Shown here: positions 13,810-26,399 of the stretch, one piece after another | Numbering within the stretch: the first letter of the stretch is position 1 | How the letters are laid out: each line of letters opens with the position of its first letter | From: Octopus bimaculoides | Lineage: Eukaryota | Assembly: GCF_001194135.2 (NCBI RefSeq) | Contig: NC_068986.1 | Span: forward strand, 81,789,001-81,853,000 | DNA: 64,000 nucleotides | Reading direction: 5' to 3' | The notes under the pieces: generated by a model | Databases searched by the model: none | The model's input: only the letters and a program-made list of their open reading frames with translations | What the model was told of the DNA's origin: nothing | Program-made: the position numbers and the translations under genes

Positions 13810-13975
13810 GGCAGGCATGGCTGTATGGTTAAGTTTGCTTCTCAACCACATGGTTTTGGGTTTGGTCCCACTATGTGGAATCTTGGGGGAAGTGTCTTCT
13901 ACTATAGCCCTGGGGACAGCCAAAGACTAGTGAGTGGATATGGTAGACAGAAACTGAAAGAAGTTTAGTTTGTGT
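13810..13975 (+). mobile_element. tRNA-headed SINE family 1
   Basis: gcaggcatggctgtatggttaag...ggtcccact...gtgagtggat.tggtagacagaaactgaaagaag. Confidence 0.8.
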
Positions 13976-13989
13976 GTGCGCATGACCTC

Positions 13990-14650
13990 ACCTGTGCTGA
14001 TGTCACATAATAAGCACTCAGCCAACTCTGTGGACTGGTTGGTGTTAAGGAAGGGCATCCAGCTGTAAAAAAACCATGCCAAAGCAGACACAGAAGTATG
14101 GTGTAGGCTTCTGCCTGGCCAGTTCCAGTCAAACCGTCCAACTCATGCCAGCATGGAAGGAAGATATTAAACGATGATGATTATATATATGGGCAAATCA
14201 AAAATAAAAGTAGGAAAAACAACAAAGATCAAAAGAATGTACTCAGTGAATGTATTAGATCGATGCTCAGAGAAAGTTTAAGATTGGAAGAAGAGGGAGT
14301 AAGACATTTTGAGCATGGTTCTTTGTCAGAAAGAGGAAAGAGGAAAATGTCCAGAGAGAAGGAAAAGAATAGTCTGAGAAAGAACAAATGTGTGTATGTT
14401 TGTGTCTTCTTGTTTTGACATCACGTGACAGTTATAAATGAGTGTTGCTGTCATGCAGACAATGTCATTAATTTTCAATATTCTGTGAGAAAGTGTCTGG
14501 CAATTTAGAAAAAGTATTACCCTACCTGGAAACAGGTGAAGGCTGGTGAGAGAAAAGGGCATCCAGTTGTAGAAAATCTGCCTCAAATAACTAAATAACT
14601 AAATCCAACTCATGCAAGTATGGAAAAATGAATGTTAAAAATGATGATGC
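13990..14650 (+). mobile_element. Two RTE-derived tail elements
   Basis: Both contain aagggcatccag.tgtagaaa...catgc.agcatggaa and end in gatgat (at ~14182 and ~14648). Confidence 0.75.
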
Positions 14651-15935
14651 AAGGTCTAGAATCAAATGACCTCAAATCTTAGTAAGTAAGAAGGCAGACA
14701 AATCACAAATCCCTTCAGGTAGATGGCCCTGCTTGATCTGTAGAAAATGCATAAATAGAAACTCCATAAAATGTACCTGATGTAAGTGATGAACACATAA
14801 GAGGTGCAGTAATATCAGAAGAAGGTTAACATGGAAAATAGCTTTTGTGTGTGGAAGATGCACAGATACAATAAACACCGAAAATGTACAGAAAATAGAC
14901 TCCATCAACTACCACTGGGGGTAAGGTAGAGGTTATGGATGGCTTCCATTATCTAGGTGACGAAATTAGTTGTGGAGGTAGATGCTCCAAAAGTGTATCT
15001 GTAAGAATAAGAATAGGCAACTTCAGAGAGCTCTTACCTCTGTTTGCAACAAAGGACCTCTCCCTCAGAATGAAAAACAGATTGTATGATACTTGTGTGT
15101 GAACAGCTATGCTACATGGCAAGTGAAACATGGGTTGTGACAGCCAAGGGCATACATAGGCTTGAAAGAAATGAAGCTAGTATTCTTCACTGGATGTGCA
15201 ATGTCAGTGTTCATGTATAACAAAGTGGAAGCATCTTGAGAGAAAAGTTAAGCATAAGAGGCATCAGATGTGGTGTGCAAGAGAGATGACTGCACTAGTA
15301 TGGACATGTGATGTGTATGGATGAGTACAGCTGTGTAAAGAAATGCTGATCTCTAACTGTGGAAGGAACCTGTGGTAAAGGTAAACCCTGGAAGACATGG
15401 GATGAAATGGTGAAGCATGATCTTCAAACTTTGAGCCCCACAGAGGCAATGACTAGACCTTTGGCAATATGCTGTGTGTGAGAAGACCCATCAAGCCAAG
15501 TGAAATCATAGTCATGGCCGATGCTGGTGTCATGTAACTGGAACCCATGCCGGTGGCACTTAAAAAGCACCTTTCGAGCATTGGGTCTCACAGAGGCAAA
15601 GTGGCTGATGCTGGTGATATGTGAAAAGCTCCTTTCGAGTGTTGAGCTTCTTGTTGGCAATGACAAATGACCAAGACCTTTGGCATTATGTTGTGCTTGA
15701 GAAGAAGACCCAATCAAGCCAAGTAAAATTGCATTCGTGGTAGATACTGGTGTCACATAAGCCAGTAGCATGTAAAGGCACCCATTACACTCTTGGAGTG
15801 GTTGGCAATCTAACCATAGAAACCATGCTAAATCAGATTGGAGTCTATTGCAGCCTTCCAGCTTGCCAACTCTGGTCAAACTGTCCAACCCATGCCAGCA
15901 TGGATAGCACGTGTTAAATAATGATGATGATGATT
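14651..15935 (+). mobile_element. 5'-truncated RTE LINE (RT C-terminal region with PHD-type finger, 3' UTR, GAT tail), pseudogenised
   Basis: Frameshifted translation: GRWPCLICRKCINRNSIKCT*CK**THKRCSN...FVCGRC; then EVMDGFHYLGDEIS, LYDTCV, RLERNEASILHWMCNVSV, GHVMCMD, GKGKPWKTWDEMVKHDL. Ends gcatggatagc...atgatgatgatga. Confidence 0.9.
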
Positions 15936-16478
15936 ACACAATGGCTACTGTGATTAGTTTTTGTATTTGGAAAGTATCGTGTTTTTAGCAATTCAGTGTG
16001 GGTGTGTGCATATGTGTAGGTGTGTGTGTGTGGGTATGAGAGAGAGAGAGATGATTTCCAGAATTATCTACTATCTGCAGAATGTCACTCATGTTGTTAA
16101 TGTTATTTCTTCAAAACTAATACTTCAAAACTAATTAACATATTAACATGTAAAGCCAATATCAAAATAAGAAATTGAACTCTCCCCCCCCCAAAAAAAA
16201 AACCCATTGCAATGTTTATTTTATTATGCATTAGCAATTATCATAAATTAGTTTGGTGTCTGCTATAGGTGGACAAAGCATGAAAGCAGCTAATTAGTTT
16301 CATTGAATCGTTACTTGCTTTACATCAATTTATTTTATAGTGAAAGCTTTCTGATGCCATAAGAATCTTTCTCTATTCATCTTTACATCTAATTCTCTTT
16401 AATGCTATGTCAGTATATCTGAAAACATTGGTACAATTTCTCTCTCTGTCTAATGACTTGTTACCTTGACAACACCCT

Positions 16479-16910
16479 GCTACACATTGACAGCACTCAG
16501 CTGCACATTGACAGCACTCAACTGCACATTGACATCCCCCAGCTACACCTCGACTGCTGTCAGCTACACCTTGACTGCTGTCAGCTACACTTTGACAGCC
16601 CTCAGCTACACCTTGACTGTTGTCAGCTACATTTTGACAGCCCCCAGCTACACCTTGACTGCTGTCAGCTACATTTTGACAGCTCTCAGCTACATTTTGA
16701 CAGCCCCCAGCTACACCTTGACTGCTGTCAGCTACACCTTGACTGCTGTCAGCTACACTTTGACAATCTTCAGCTACACCTTGACTGCTGTCAGCTACAC
16801 TTTGACAGCCCTCAGCTACACCTTGACTGCTGTCAGTTACATTTTGACAGTTCTCAGCTACATTTGACAGCACCCAACTAAACCTTGACAGTACTCAACT
16901 ACACTGACAA
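16479..16910. repeat. 21-bp minisatellite, about 20 units
   Basis: Units cagctacaccttgactgctgt and cagctacattttgacagcccc; homogeneous core with diverged edges. Confidence 0.95.
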
Positions 16911-17562
16911 CCTCAAACACAAGCTCACACAACAGAAATAAAACTCAACAATCAAACAACTAAAATTGAAAGTAAAGAGAATAAACCAAAGAAAAGCAGA
17001 AAATTGTCAAATATTTATATCTAGCATAAACAATATAATATGCTGTAAACAAAACACACCATATGAGTAATATTAGCAGAATTAAGAGCAACACTAACAA
17101 CAATAAAATTACAAACTTCTGAAAGATGGGTGTTAGAGAGGGGGTGGGCAGAAGAAATTGCTGCATTCACCAACTTCTGGTACAAACAATACCAAGCCCT
17201 CAGAACTTGGTTATTGGGTAAAATTATAAGAATTCTAGAACCTAATTAAGGTCCAACTGAAGATACATCGTATAGATCCATCACCACCCTATACACAAAG
17301 CTATCAACATCTTACACACATACATGTACATGCAAGCACACACACACACACACACACACACACTAGAATGTCTCAGAGAGGAATCAATGTATCTACACAG
17401 TCCTCCACTTGGCAGGTTGCTTGACTACAACTCCCAAACCCTTCACCCCAGGTTTAATAACAGATAGGTTCAATAGGCATTGCTCTAACAACATCAGTAC
17501 AACTTTCAACACTATTCCTTCTCACTTATGCACAGCATATTCAGGAGGCATAACTAGAAGCA

Positions 17563-17970
17563 CAGGCATGACTGTTTAATTATGAAGCTTGCTTTCTGGC
17601 CATGTTGTCTTGGGTCAGTCCCACTGCATGGCACCTTGGGCAAGTGTCTTCTACTATCACCCTCAGATTGATCAAAGCCTTGTGAGTGGATTTGGTTGAC
17701 AGAAGTAGGCCTGTCGTATATATTTGTGTGTATGTGCGTGTTTTCATTTCTGTGCTTCCTTGTCTTGACACCCTGGTTGTAAATGAACATCACTGACATA
17801 CAAGCAATGTTGTCTGTTTTCTATCTTCTGTGAAAAACATCTGGTTGTAGGGAAATATTACCTTGCTTGGAAACAGGTGAGGCTTTGGCTGTGAAAAAAA
17901 TTTGCTTCACTGAATTTCATCTGACCCATGCAAGAATGGAAAAATAGACATTAAAACAATGAGGATGATA
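17563..17970 (+). mobile_element. SINE family 1 followed by RTE-type tail
   Basis: caggcatgactgt...cagtcccactgcatggcaccttgggcaagtgtcttctactat...; tail ends gacccatgcaagaatggaaaaatagacattaaaacaatgaggatgat. Confidence 0.85.
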
Positions 17971-18214
17971 CTCAACATTTCCTGAGGAAATAATAGAAAA
18001 ATACTTAGGTCTCAATGCTTATGTACCATACACCAACAACATTTAGCGTGCAATTTTTTAGTGTAACACAAGGATCCATCCTCCAATCTACTGTTTTTAA
18101 CTTATACCTACAAAGCCTTCTTACCACTCTACAGACTTAAACAGAATCTCATATGCAAATAACATATCCTTTCACCATTCTAGCAACAGATTTTTTTTCT
18201 TGAGATGCTAGACA

Positions 18215-18371
18215 CAGGCATGGCTGTGTGGTAAAAGGCTTGCTTCCCAGCCACACTGTTGTAGGTTCAGTCCCACTATGTGGCACCTTGGTCAAGTGTC
18301 TTCTTCTAAAATCTTGGGCTGACCAAAGCTTCGTGAGCAGATTTGGTAGACAGACTGAAACAAGCCTGTTC

Positions 18372-18372
<1 letters not shown>
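18215..18372 (+). mobile_element. tRNA-headed SINE family 1
   Basis: aggcatggctgtgtggtaaaaggcttgcttcccagccac...ggttcagtccc (A/B-box-like head), followed by (TA)n(GT)n. Confidence 0.85.
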
Positions 18373-18444
<72 letters not shown>

Positions 18445-18925
18445 CCTGTCTGTCTGTGTTTGTCCCCACTCCCACTTGTCAACCAGTGTTGCTGTGTTTA
18501 CGTCTCCATAACATTAGTGGTTTGGCAAAAGAGATCGATAGAATAAGAAAAAAAAAAGCACTGAGGTCAATTCATTGAACTAAAAATTCTTTGAGTCAGT
18601 GCCCCAGCATGGCTGTCATCTAATGAATGAAACAAGTAAAAGAGAGACATTAAATTTTAGTATTTATAGCTAGTTCTCTTGTGTTTGTCTACTACTTGAA
18701 TATTTTTACAGGACTGGTTACATCAGAATGTTTCCTCTTTAAAAAAAGAATCTAACATCAATTATTTGCTTTGTTACAGTTTGTTATGGAAATAGTCAGA
18801 TGTCTTTTGATGCTATCCACCTAAATAAAGTTGACTTCTATTCTTGAAAGAATCAATATAATTTGAGCTAACCACAAATTAATCTATTTTTGTTCCAAAC
18901 TTAAGAACCCTTCACACAAACTTAA

Positions 18926-19121
18926 CCCTTTTACTGTGGAATGCATTTTTATATACCAGTCTATCTTTTGTTGAGGAATGTTGTCTTTAAAACTATTTTC
19001 TTTTGAGATATATCAAGTTTATTGAGGCAACATGTCTTACAGAAAATACCAGTTCTATTTTTGGTAGATATTTATCATCATTTCTAGAGCAAGCATGATA
19101 TTTAATTTTGCAGTGAAAGGG
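18926..19121. mobile_element. TTAA-flanked MITE (piggyBac-like ends), 196 bp
   Basis: TTAA|cccttttactg ... cagtgaaaggg|TTAA; TIR matches 10/11. Confidence 0.85.
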
Positions 19122-19129
19122 TTAAACAC

Positions 19130-20860
19130 AAATTACTCCTTTTTTTGATGTGATTTCTAATCCCAGTACAAGTTCCTTTATTTCTAGTACTAACAGATCC
19201 ATTTTTAAAAATAATTATTCTAATTCACAAGAATATTTACATTTGGACTACAACTTCAAACTGTGGCCTTATTGTTGTATTTTATCCTTAAACAAGACAC
19301 TCTCTGTCAATTTGACTGAAATCTAGCTATAATTAACATTATATGGTGCAGTATTTACAATCAGCTGCAATGAAATTCTTACATGAATATCTGTACTCAT
19401 TCAATTTCTTTGTGAATGTCTGACTTTACAGAACTTTGCAACCTTAATGATAGAGAAGTGAATGAGGAGCCTGTGATTATAAAAGTGTTTATCCATTGTG
19501 ACTTTGACACCTGACCTAGTAGAGTGTGATTCTGATGAATCTTCGCTTAAGATTTCTGACAACTCTCATTTTCTCCAATATCTTTTCTTTAACTGAAAAT
19601 TCTTCATCGAATTAACACCAGTTCTTGCTTCTACCCATGAAATGCTGCTAAATGATTGGCAACTGTTGATGTGTTTATCTCCTCAGTGGAGTATGAATGG
19701 TTGAATGGCTAGTGTCTCTTGTGTCAAATGCCAACACAATTTCAGTTTGGATTGTAGACTGACTTTTGAAAACAACTGACAGAAGCTTTTTGTAGAGATC
19801 ATCTTATTGATATTTATCAATACCAGCCCTTTCACATACATTGATTGGAAACTAGATTTCATCAATGACGTCATAAAATGGATTTTATTGCTATAACGTG
19901 CTAGTCAATTAACTTCCATGAATCTTCATCGATATTTCAGTTTCTTTTTGATTTTTTCCAGAATTAATGAATTTCTGTGGAAACAGGAATGTTACCAAGC
20001 AATGTATTCCTCGACTTTCACAAGACAACATTGTCTTCCTCATTCCACTGCCTCTCTTTTCTTTCTCATGATGAAGTCTATGACCTCATTCAGTAATATC
20101 CAAAAAGTTGTTGGTTATAAAGTCTGTATATTGAGAAATGTTTATAGATTTGTTGTTTCGCCCATCAGCTCTGATCAGTTAGATGTATAATCAAAGGTGT
20201 TCTGGCCATGAATATCCATTTGTATTTTCAAGTATAGTGCATCTAAAACTATGTTATTCGATGTATATTTCTTTTAAGCTGCCAGAAGATTAGGCTACTA
20301 TTTTTAGCTGTTCATGCTACTACTTAGAGGCTGTCTTTGTTGTCTCATAGCTAGACTTATTTATTGAGGATTTGTGTTAAAATGTTATATGTAAATTCAA
20401 CAGAGGTTCCATTCCACATTTGCTTTAATAGAAAAAGGAGGTGGTGTGGGACCAGTTTCATTTCCTTTAACTATTTTATATTAAGAGAAAGTAGCTAGAA
20501 ACTCTGTCTGTTGTTACTGTTGCGTTTTACTACATATGGTAACCGAAACTATATTAAGATGTTCCTTCTTATCGTCATTATCATCTTTATTTTTCTATGG
20601 GATTATAAGCTAAATTCACTTACCATAGAAACAGTTTCTATAGCAACTGGAGAATGGTAATATATGGTTTGGGATTATGTGTATATGCAATGACAATTCT
20701 GTTGCTGGTTACTCGTCTCAAACTAAATAATAATCTTTTGACATCATTTCCAAACATTTCTCAAGAATTCTAATGTACATTCACATATACAGACATCAGA
20801 AAATAGCACTGTGAACTATGAAAATCAGTTGTCCATTGAAAATTCTGAACTTTCATCATC
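19130..20860 (-). pseudogene. Decayed coding-like remnant, tentatively the C-terminal part of a VLIG/GVIN1-like very large GTPase
   Basis: About 1.7 kb with no recognisable repeats. Stop- and frameshift-ridden minus-strand frames give KKYTSNNIVLDALYLKIQMDIHGQNTF, FYDVIDEI*FPINVCERAGIDKYQ*DDLYKKLLSVVF, KLKLCWH, LH*GDKH and NNYF*KWIC. Resemblance is from memory only. Confidence 0.35.
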
Positions 20861-21424
20861 ATCATCATTTGATAGTCACTATTCTGTACTCTTATATTAT
20901 TTGTTTATATTTTTATCTTGTATAACTTAGAAAGTGTGGGTTGGGAATAACTTGGGAGATAAGGTGAAGCAGCCAACTATGTAGGTATAGATATAATAAA
21001 TACAGTATCTCCCCTCCTTACTAGAGAAGCTGATAAAAAAAAAAGGGCTTAAGAACTGAATGCATCAGATCACCGCTTATCTCATATTCTTAGAAGTTCT
21101 AAGTGAATGGTGGAGGCAGATAGAATGTTTCTACTTAAAGACTCCATTCCATTGATCTCTGATCTATTGCAAACTCCTGCTATGTGTGTTCATAGGGCTT
21201 GCAGTTTCCTCAGTATCCAGCTATTACATTGTACATTAAATCTGTTGTACGTCAACTTTGGACATGTCTTTCAATTTTACTGTTGGGTTGATAAGTACAT
21301 ATATTACAAATTTTACTGTGGTGTAAGATTTATTTTTCACTTGGTTGTGTAAAATGGAGATTTACATTGTGGGGCATGAGTCAGGGTTTGAAATTATGAG
21401 CTTTTAATCAGTAGTTCAGTATCT

Positions 21425-21574
21425 TAACCCACAACTACTATATTTGATAGTGCAGTACCTTATCCCATGACTACTATACTTGTCAGTGCAATACCTTTGC
21501 CCACAGCTGCTATCTTTTACAGTGCTGTACCTTAGCCCACAACTGCTACATTTGATAGTGCACTACCTTAAACT
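21425..21574. repeat. ~35-bp tandem repeat, 4 units, interrupted by a SINE
   Basis: Unit approximately cccacaactgctacatttgatagtgcagtacctta; a partial unit resumes after 21900. Confidence 0.8.
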
Positions 21575-21899
21575 GTGAAGGTGCGTGGCTCAGTGGTTAG
21601 AGCATCAGGCTCACAACCATGAGATAGTGAGTTTGATTCCCAGACAGGGTTGCGTGTTGTGTTCTTGAGCAGGACACATTATTTTCATGTTGCTCCAGGT
21701 CACTCTGCTGTAGAAATGAGTTGAAATGTCATAGGTGCTAAGCTGTATTGGGCTTTGCCTTTCCCTAAGTAACCTTGGTGGCATTGAGAGGGGAGGCTGG
21801 TATGTATGGGTGACTGCTGGTCAGACTTGTGCCTTGGAGGGGAGCTTTCTAGGTGCACCCCATGGTCATTCATGACCTAAGGGGGTCTTTAACCATTTT
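21575..21899 (+). mobile_element. Full-length tRNA-headed SINE family 2 with 10-bp TSD
   Basis: Head ggtgcgtggctcagtggttagagc...gagtttgattccc; central gtgttcttgagcaggacac...cactctgctgtagaaatgagt; ACCTTAAACT at 21565-21574 and 21900-21909. Confidence 0.85.
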
Positions 21900-24158
21900 A
21901 CCTTAAACTACAGCTGTTATACTTGACTGCAAGTGGTTAAACCTCATTATTTGGACTGTCAGCATTGTTATTGACCATTATATCACAAGCCAACATAGTA
22001 ACTGCTATATGATTGCTTGACCTGCAAAAATTAGCTGCTATGTCACCTTCAAATTTCTCTGTACTATTAAAAATATATATATATATATAATAAACTGGAG
22101 AATGAAGTTTTAGATACAGTTTCAATAAAAGACAGGCTGGTTCTGTTGTAATGCCTTTGAGCTTCGGTTTGTGTGATCATTGCTGACCTGGGGCTAAATA
22201 ATGCAGCCATTCTATCAAGAACAAATCTTAGATGGTCACTTCCCCTGCTAAATCAGAGTTAGGTTTTTGGGCCTTTGCACAGTCTTCTGATTATACTCAT
22301 CATAGTTCCTTTTTGCAGGGGATGTTTTGTGGCTGAATCCCCTTCCTGTTGCCAACCCTTTCAATTAACTCTTACATGCAGAGAAAAATGGTGTACCTAT
22401 TCTGTACTGAGACACACTTTATAAATTATACACCTTTGTTGAACCATTCTTCTCTTAATTAAAGGTTGATTAATGTTATGGAAGTCGCATAAAAATACAC
22501 TTCCCTGTTATAAACTAGTTTTTAGAACCCTCCAAACTAAGCTGCCATTGAAAGATATGTGGAAATACACAAGCACAAAAAATTTAAAAAATAAAGAAAA
22601 AACACAAATATAAAAAACAACCCATAATTAGATTGTATTTCTTATCTGTTGCTGTATTTTTACTGTTGTTCTGATTTATTTTCAGTGTACTGAGCTTCTG
22701 ATGTTGAGAACATTATATAACAAGGGTATAATTATAATTAACTCAAGTGAAGCTAAACATAGTCTGTGTATCTGTTCATTGATAATTGTAAAAAAATGTG
22801 AGGGAGGTGACTGGAACGAAACAGTCCATTGGCGCTATTTTATACACCGTATGATCATGGTGTTAATAATATCCTCATGTCAACAATGTTGCTTTTTACT
22901 TGAATATGATCTGAACCGAAGTCATATATTTGGCTTTCACATCAAAGCTTATATGACCACTGAAAATAATAAGATTTCTGTGTGCTGTTATTAACAGACT
23001 TCATCATTGTCATTGTCCATTTTAAGTTTCCTGTTTTATAGCCTACGGAGACAGCTCCAAATTATGGGCCTGAGTTGTTATAGAGAAGTCATCACCTGAT
23101 TTGATCCCAGTTGTTGATAGACCCACGAGAGACATTCTAAGTGAATACTGTAATATTTGGTGGCAGGTCACTGTTGGAGTACCACTTCCAATTGTACCTT
23201 CTGACAAACAGTGGGACTATGCAAAGAAAGGGGCAGTAGGGAACAGCATATCAAGATTTTGAACTCCACTCAGATCAGATACTTACTAAAGGATAGAAAG
23301 GGGACTTTTTAGTTCTGCCTAGGAGAAGACAACCTCTCTAGTGCTGGTGATAAAATTTATCTAGTAAACTTTGTCAAATTACTGGTGGGATGAAGGCCAT
23401 CCAGCTGTAGAATGTGTAAGCAAGATCTGATCCTCCACTGATCTAAAAGGGCAGCAACTCCGAATAAGTAAACTGAATAAGGACTTCATTTGTAATGTCT
23501 TGACCAACCCATGTCAGTATAGAAAAAGTAGAAGTAAAATGATGATGATAACATAGAATCTGTTTAACACTGTCATGGGAGTAACTGAAATGGTTAGGAA
23601 TAATTCTGATTCTACACATAAAGTGATTCTGCTCTAATAGCAAACAAAAAAGCGTTGGTTTTCTCCTATTTATTCATTTAAACAAGTTTTCTGTCTGTGT
23701 TTACTGTTTAATTTTCAAATTTCTGAAAAACACTGAATTTTAACAGCTTTTCAATTTGCTATCTTCGAAGCTCACACTTTTCTGCAATTATAAATCATGA
23801 TGCAATCAAGCATCAGTTTTAGAAAGAGAAAAAAATGATGTTTAAATCATTGTCTTCTCAAAGTAATAATAAAGATCTCTTATATTTTTCAATTCAGTGA
23901 AACAAGAAAAAAGCATTCTACTGATATATGACAATAGTTTGTGTTTTAGAAAGCAAAGTAATGGATTTTCCACTTCTAATTGTTCATTAGTACTTTAGTT
24001 TAATCAAGCAGAATCAATATAGCTTGGAATATTTCAGAATTAATTAAATGGGTGTGGGCATTTTTACATTTTTATTAACAACTCTTATCTCACAGACAAG
24101 ACATTTCTGCTGATAGCCATATATAGTTGCTGAATTGAACACAGCACAAAACACACCC

Positions 24159-24193
<35 letters not shown>

Positions 24194-26399
24194 ACNNNNN
24201 NNNNNNNNNNNNNNNNNNNNNNNNNNNNNNNNNNNNNNNNNNNNNNNNNNNNNNNNNNNNNNNNNNNNNNNNNNNNNNNNNNNNNNNNNNNNNNNNNNNN
24301 NNNNNNNNNNNNNNNNNNNNNNNNNNNNNNNNNNNNNNNNNNNNNNNNNNNNNNNNNNNNNNNNNNNNNNNNNNNNNNNNNNNNNNNNNNNNNNNNNNNN
24401 NNNNNNNNNNNNNNNNNNNNNNNNNNNNNNNNNNNNNNNNNNNNNNNNNNNNNNNNNNNNNNNNNNNNNNNNNNNNNNNNNNNNNNNNNNNNNNNNNNNN
24501 NNNNNNNNNNNNNNNNNNNNNNNNNNNNNNNNNNNNNNNNNNNNNNNNNNNNNNNNNNACACTTACACAGTGGCAATTATGTTTTCTTGGTATTTTCCTT
24601 TGATGTAACTTGCTTGAAGATCATTCAGGTGTGTTATCTAAAGTTGTTTATCAACATTCTACTTTGAAAGATAGTATGTATGTATAGAATATTCAAACTA
24701 AACATTGGTCTTCATCTTCCCAGTGATATTTGAATGTCTGTAAATTGATATTGTTATTCCTATAATGGCCATATCCAAGATATCTTAAGCCACATAATGG
24801 GTATTAGTAGTTAAACCAACAGAAATGGATTATCTGCAAAAATACATAGACACTAAAATATCTCTGGTGCTAAAGTACCCTGTGTATTGATCTCACCATT
24901 ATTCATGTTTCTAGTCAATGTTTTTAACAATATTATTACACACAAACACACACACACACACACACACTGAGCTTTGTGTGATTGTTTACATAAGCATGCA
25001 TGTATCTGTATGTATGTACGTACGTGTTCATACATCACTGCACACATACACACATGCTTGCATAGGCAATAGTGTAAATTGCATTGTGGATGTATGCAAA
25101 CAGAAATACATACACAAGCATACATGCATAAAATGGAATTTGTGCAGTTGTTTATGTAAGCATGCATATCTGTGTGTGGCAAGCGTATTTGTGTAGGCGC
25201 ATACAAAAACATGTGCAAACATGCATTTAGTTNNNNNNNNNNNNNNNNNNNNNNNNNNNNNNNNNNNNNNNNNNNNNNNNNNNNNNNNNNNNNNNNNNNN
25301 NNNNNNNNNNNNNNNNNNNNNNNNNNNNNNNNNNNNNNNNNNNNNNNNNNNNNNNNNNNNNNNNNNNNNNNNNNNNNNNNNNNNNNNNNNNNNNNNNNNN
25401 NNNNNNNNNNNNNNNNNNNNNNNNNNNNNNNNNNNNNNNNNNNNNNNNNNNNNNNNNNNNNNNNNNNNNNNNNNNNNNNNNNNNNNNNNNNNNNNNNNNN
25501 NNNNNNNNNNNNNNNNNNNNNNNNNNNNNNNNNNNNNNNNNNNNNNNNNNNNNNNNNNNNNNNTATTGTATACAAGGTATTCGTGTGAGTGATCATTGTG
25601 TACCAGATGTTGCTGTGTAGTGAACATTGCCTACAAAGCATTGATGTGTAGTGGACATTGTATACCAAAATCACGAATCTTTCTCTGTTCTAATTGAATC
25701 ATATAAACCATACTGTGCTGGATGGAATGGACTTGTAGAAACTCCCTTCTTGTCTTGAAAACTAGAAATGTAACTGTATCGGTACTAGTGTCAGTGGTGG
25801 ATGTGATAGTATGGTTAATGTATGTAAACAGATAGCAGTATCAGAGGTGGACATTGTAGTGTGTGGGGGATGTAATTGTATTAGTGGTAATGCTTATGGT
25901 GGGTGTGGTAGTGTGTGGTTGATTGATATAATTGTAGTATATGTGGTGGTGGTGGCATGATTATTACTGTTGCTATGGTTGCTGGAGCATTGTAATCCAT
26001 ACAGTAAGAACAAGTTGTTTTTTTTTTTTCTTAGTGGATGTGTTGTATGTATATGTATGTGTATCAATGGCTTGTGTTTGCTCTAGCCATTTCAACCAAG
26101 GCCCTGCTGGAGCACTGCATTCAAGTGAAATTGACAGGGATGATGGCAGTGTTAGTGGCAGGGATGATGGCAGATGCATTGGTGTTGGTGGATGTGGTAC
26201 TGCAGCTGGTAGTATATACATATTTCTACATGTGCATTTATATGTGTGTGTGTGTGTGTATGTGTGTGTGTGGTATATGTATGTGTGTATGATAGTGTGC
26301 GTATGTTTGTGTACATGTTTCTCTCTCATGTTTATGGAGTATGACAGTATGCACATACACACGTGTGCAGTCGCACACGCACACACACACACACACACA

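Noticed and set aside
16373-16881. Heptad-repeat ORFs as a real Cys/His-rich protein
   Set aside because: Openness follows from a 21-nt unit lacking stops in those frames; intronic position and no exon signals.
21577-21650. tRNA gene-like sequences (also at 18215 and 51304)
   Set aside because: They have A/B-box-like motifs but no complete cloverleaf and continue into SINE bodies, so they are SINE heads.
22680-22994. Possible extra exon (ttttcag acceptor plus 97-aa ORF)
   Set aside because: No similarity to PKA RI or any family I recognise; exons A and B already join without missing residues.
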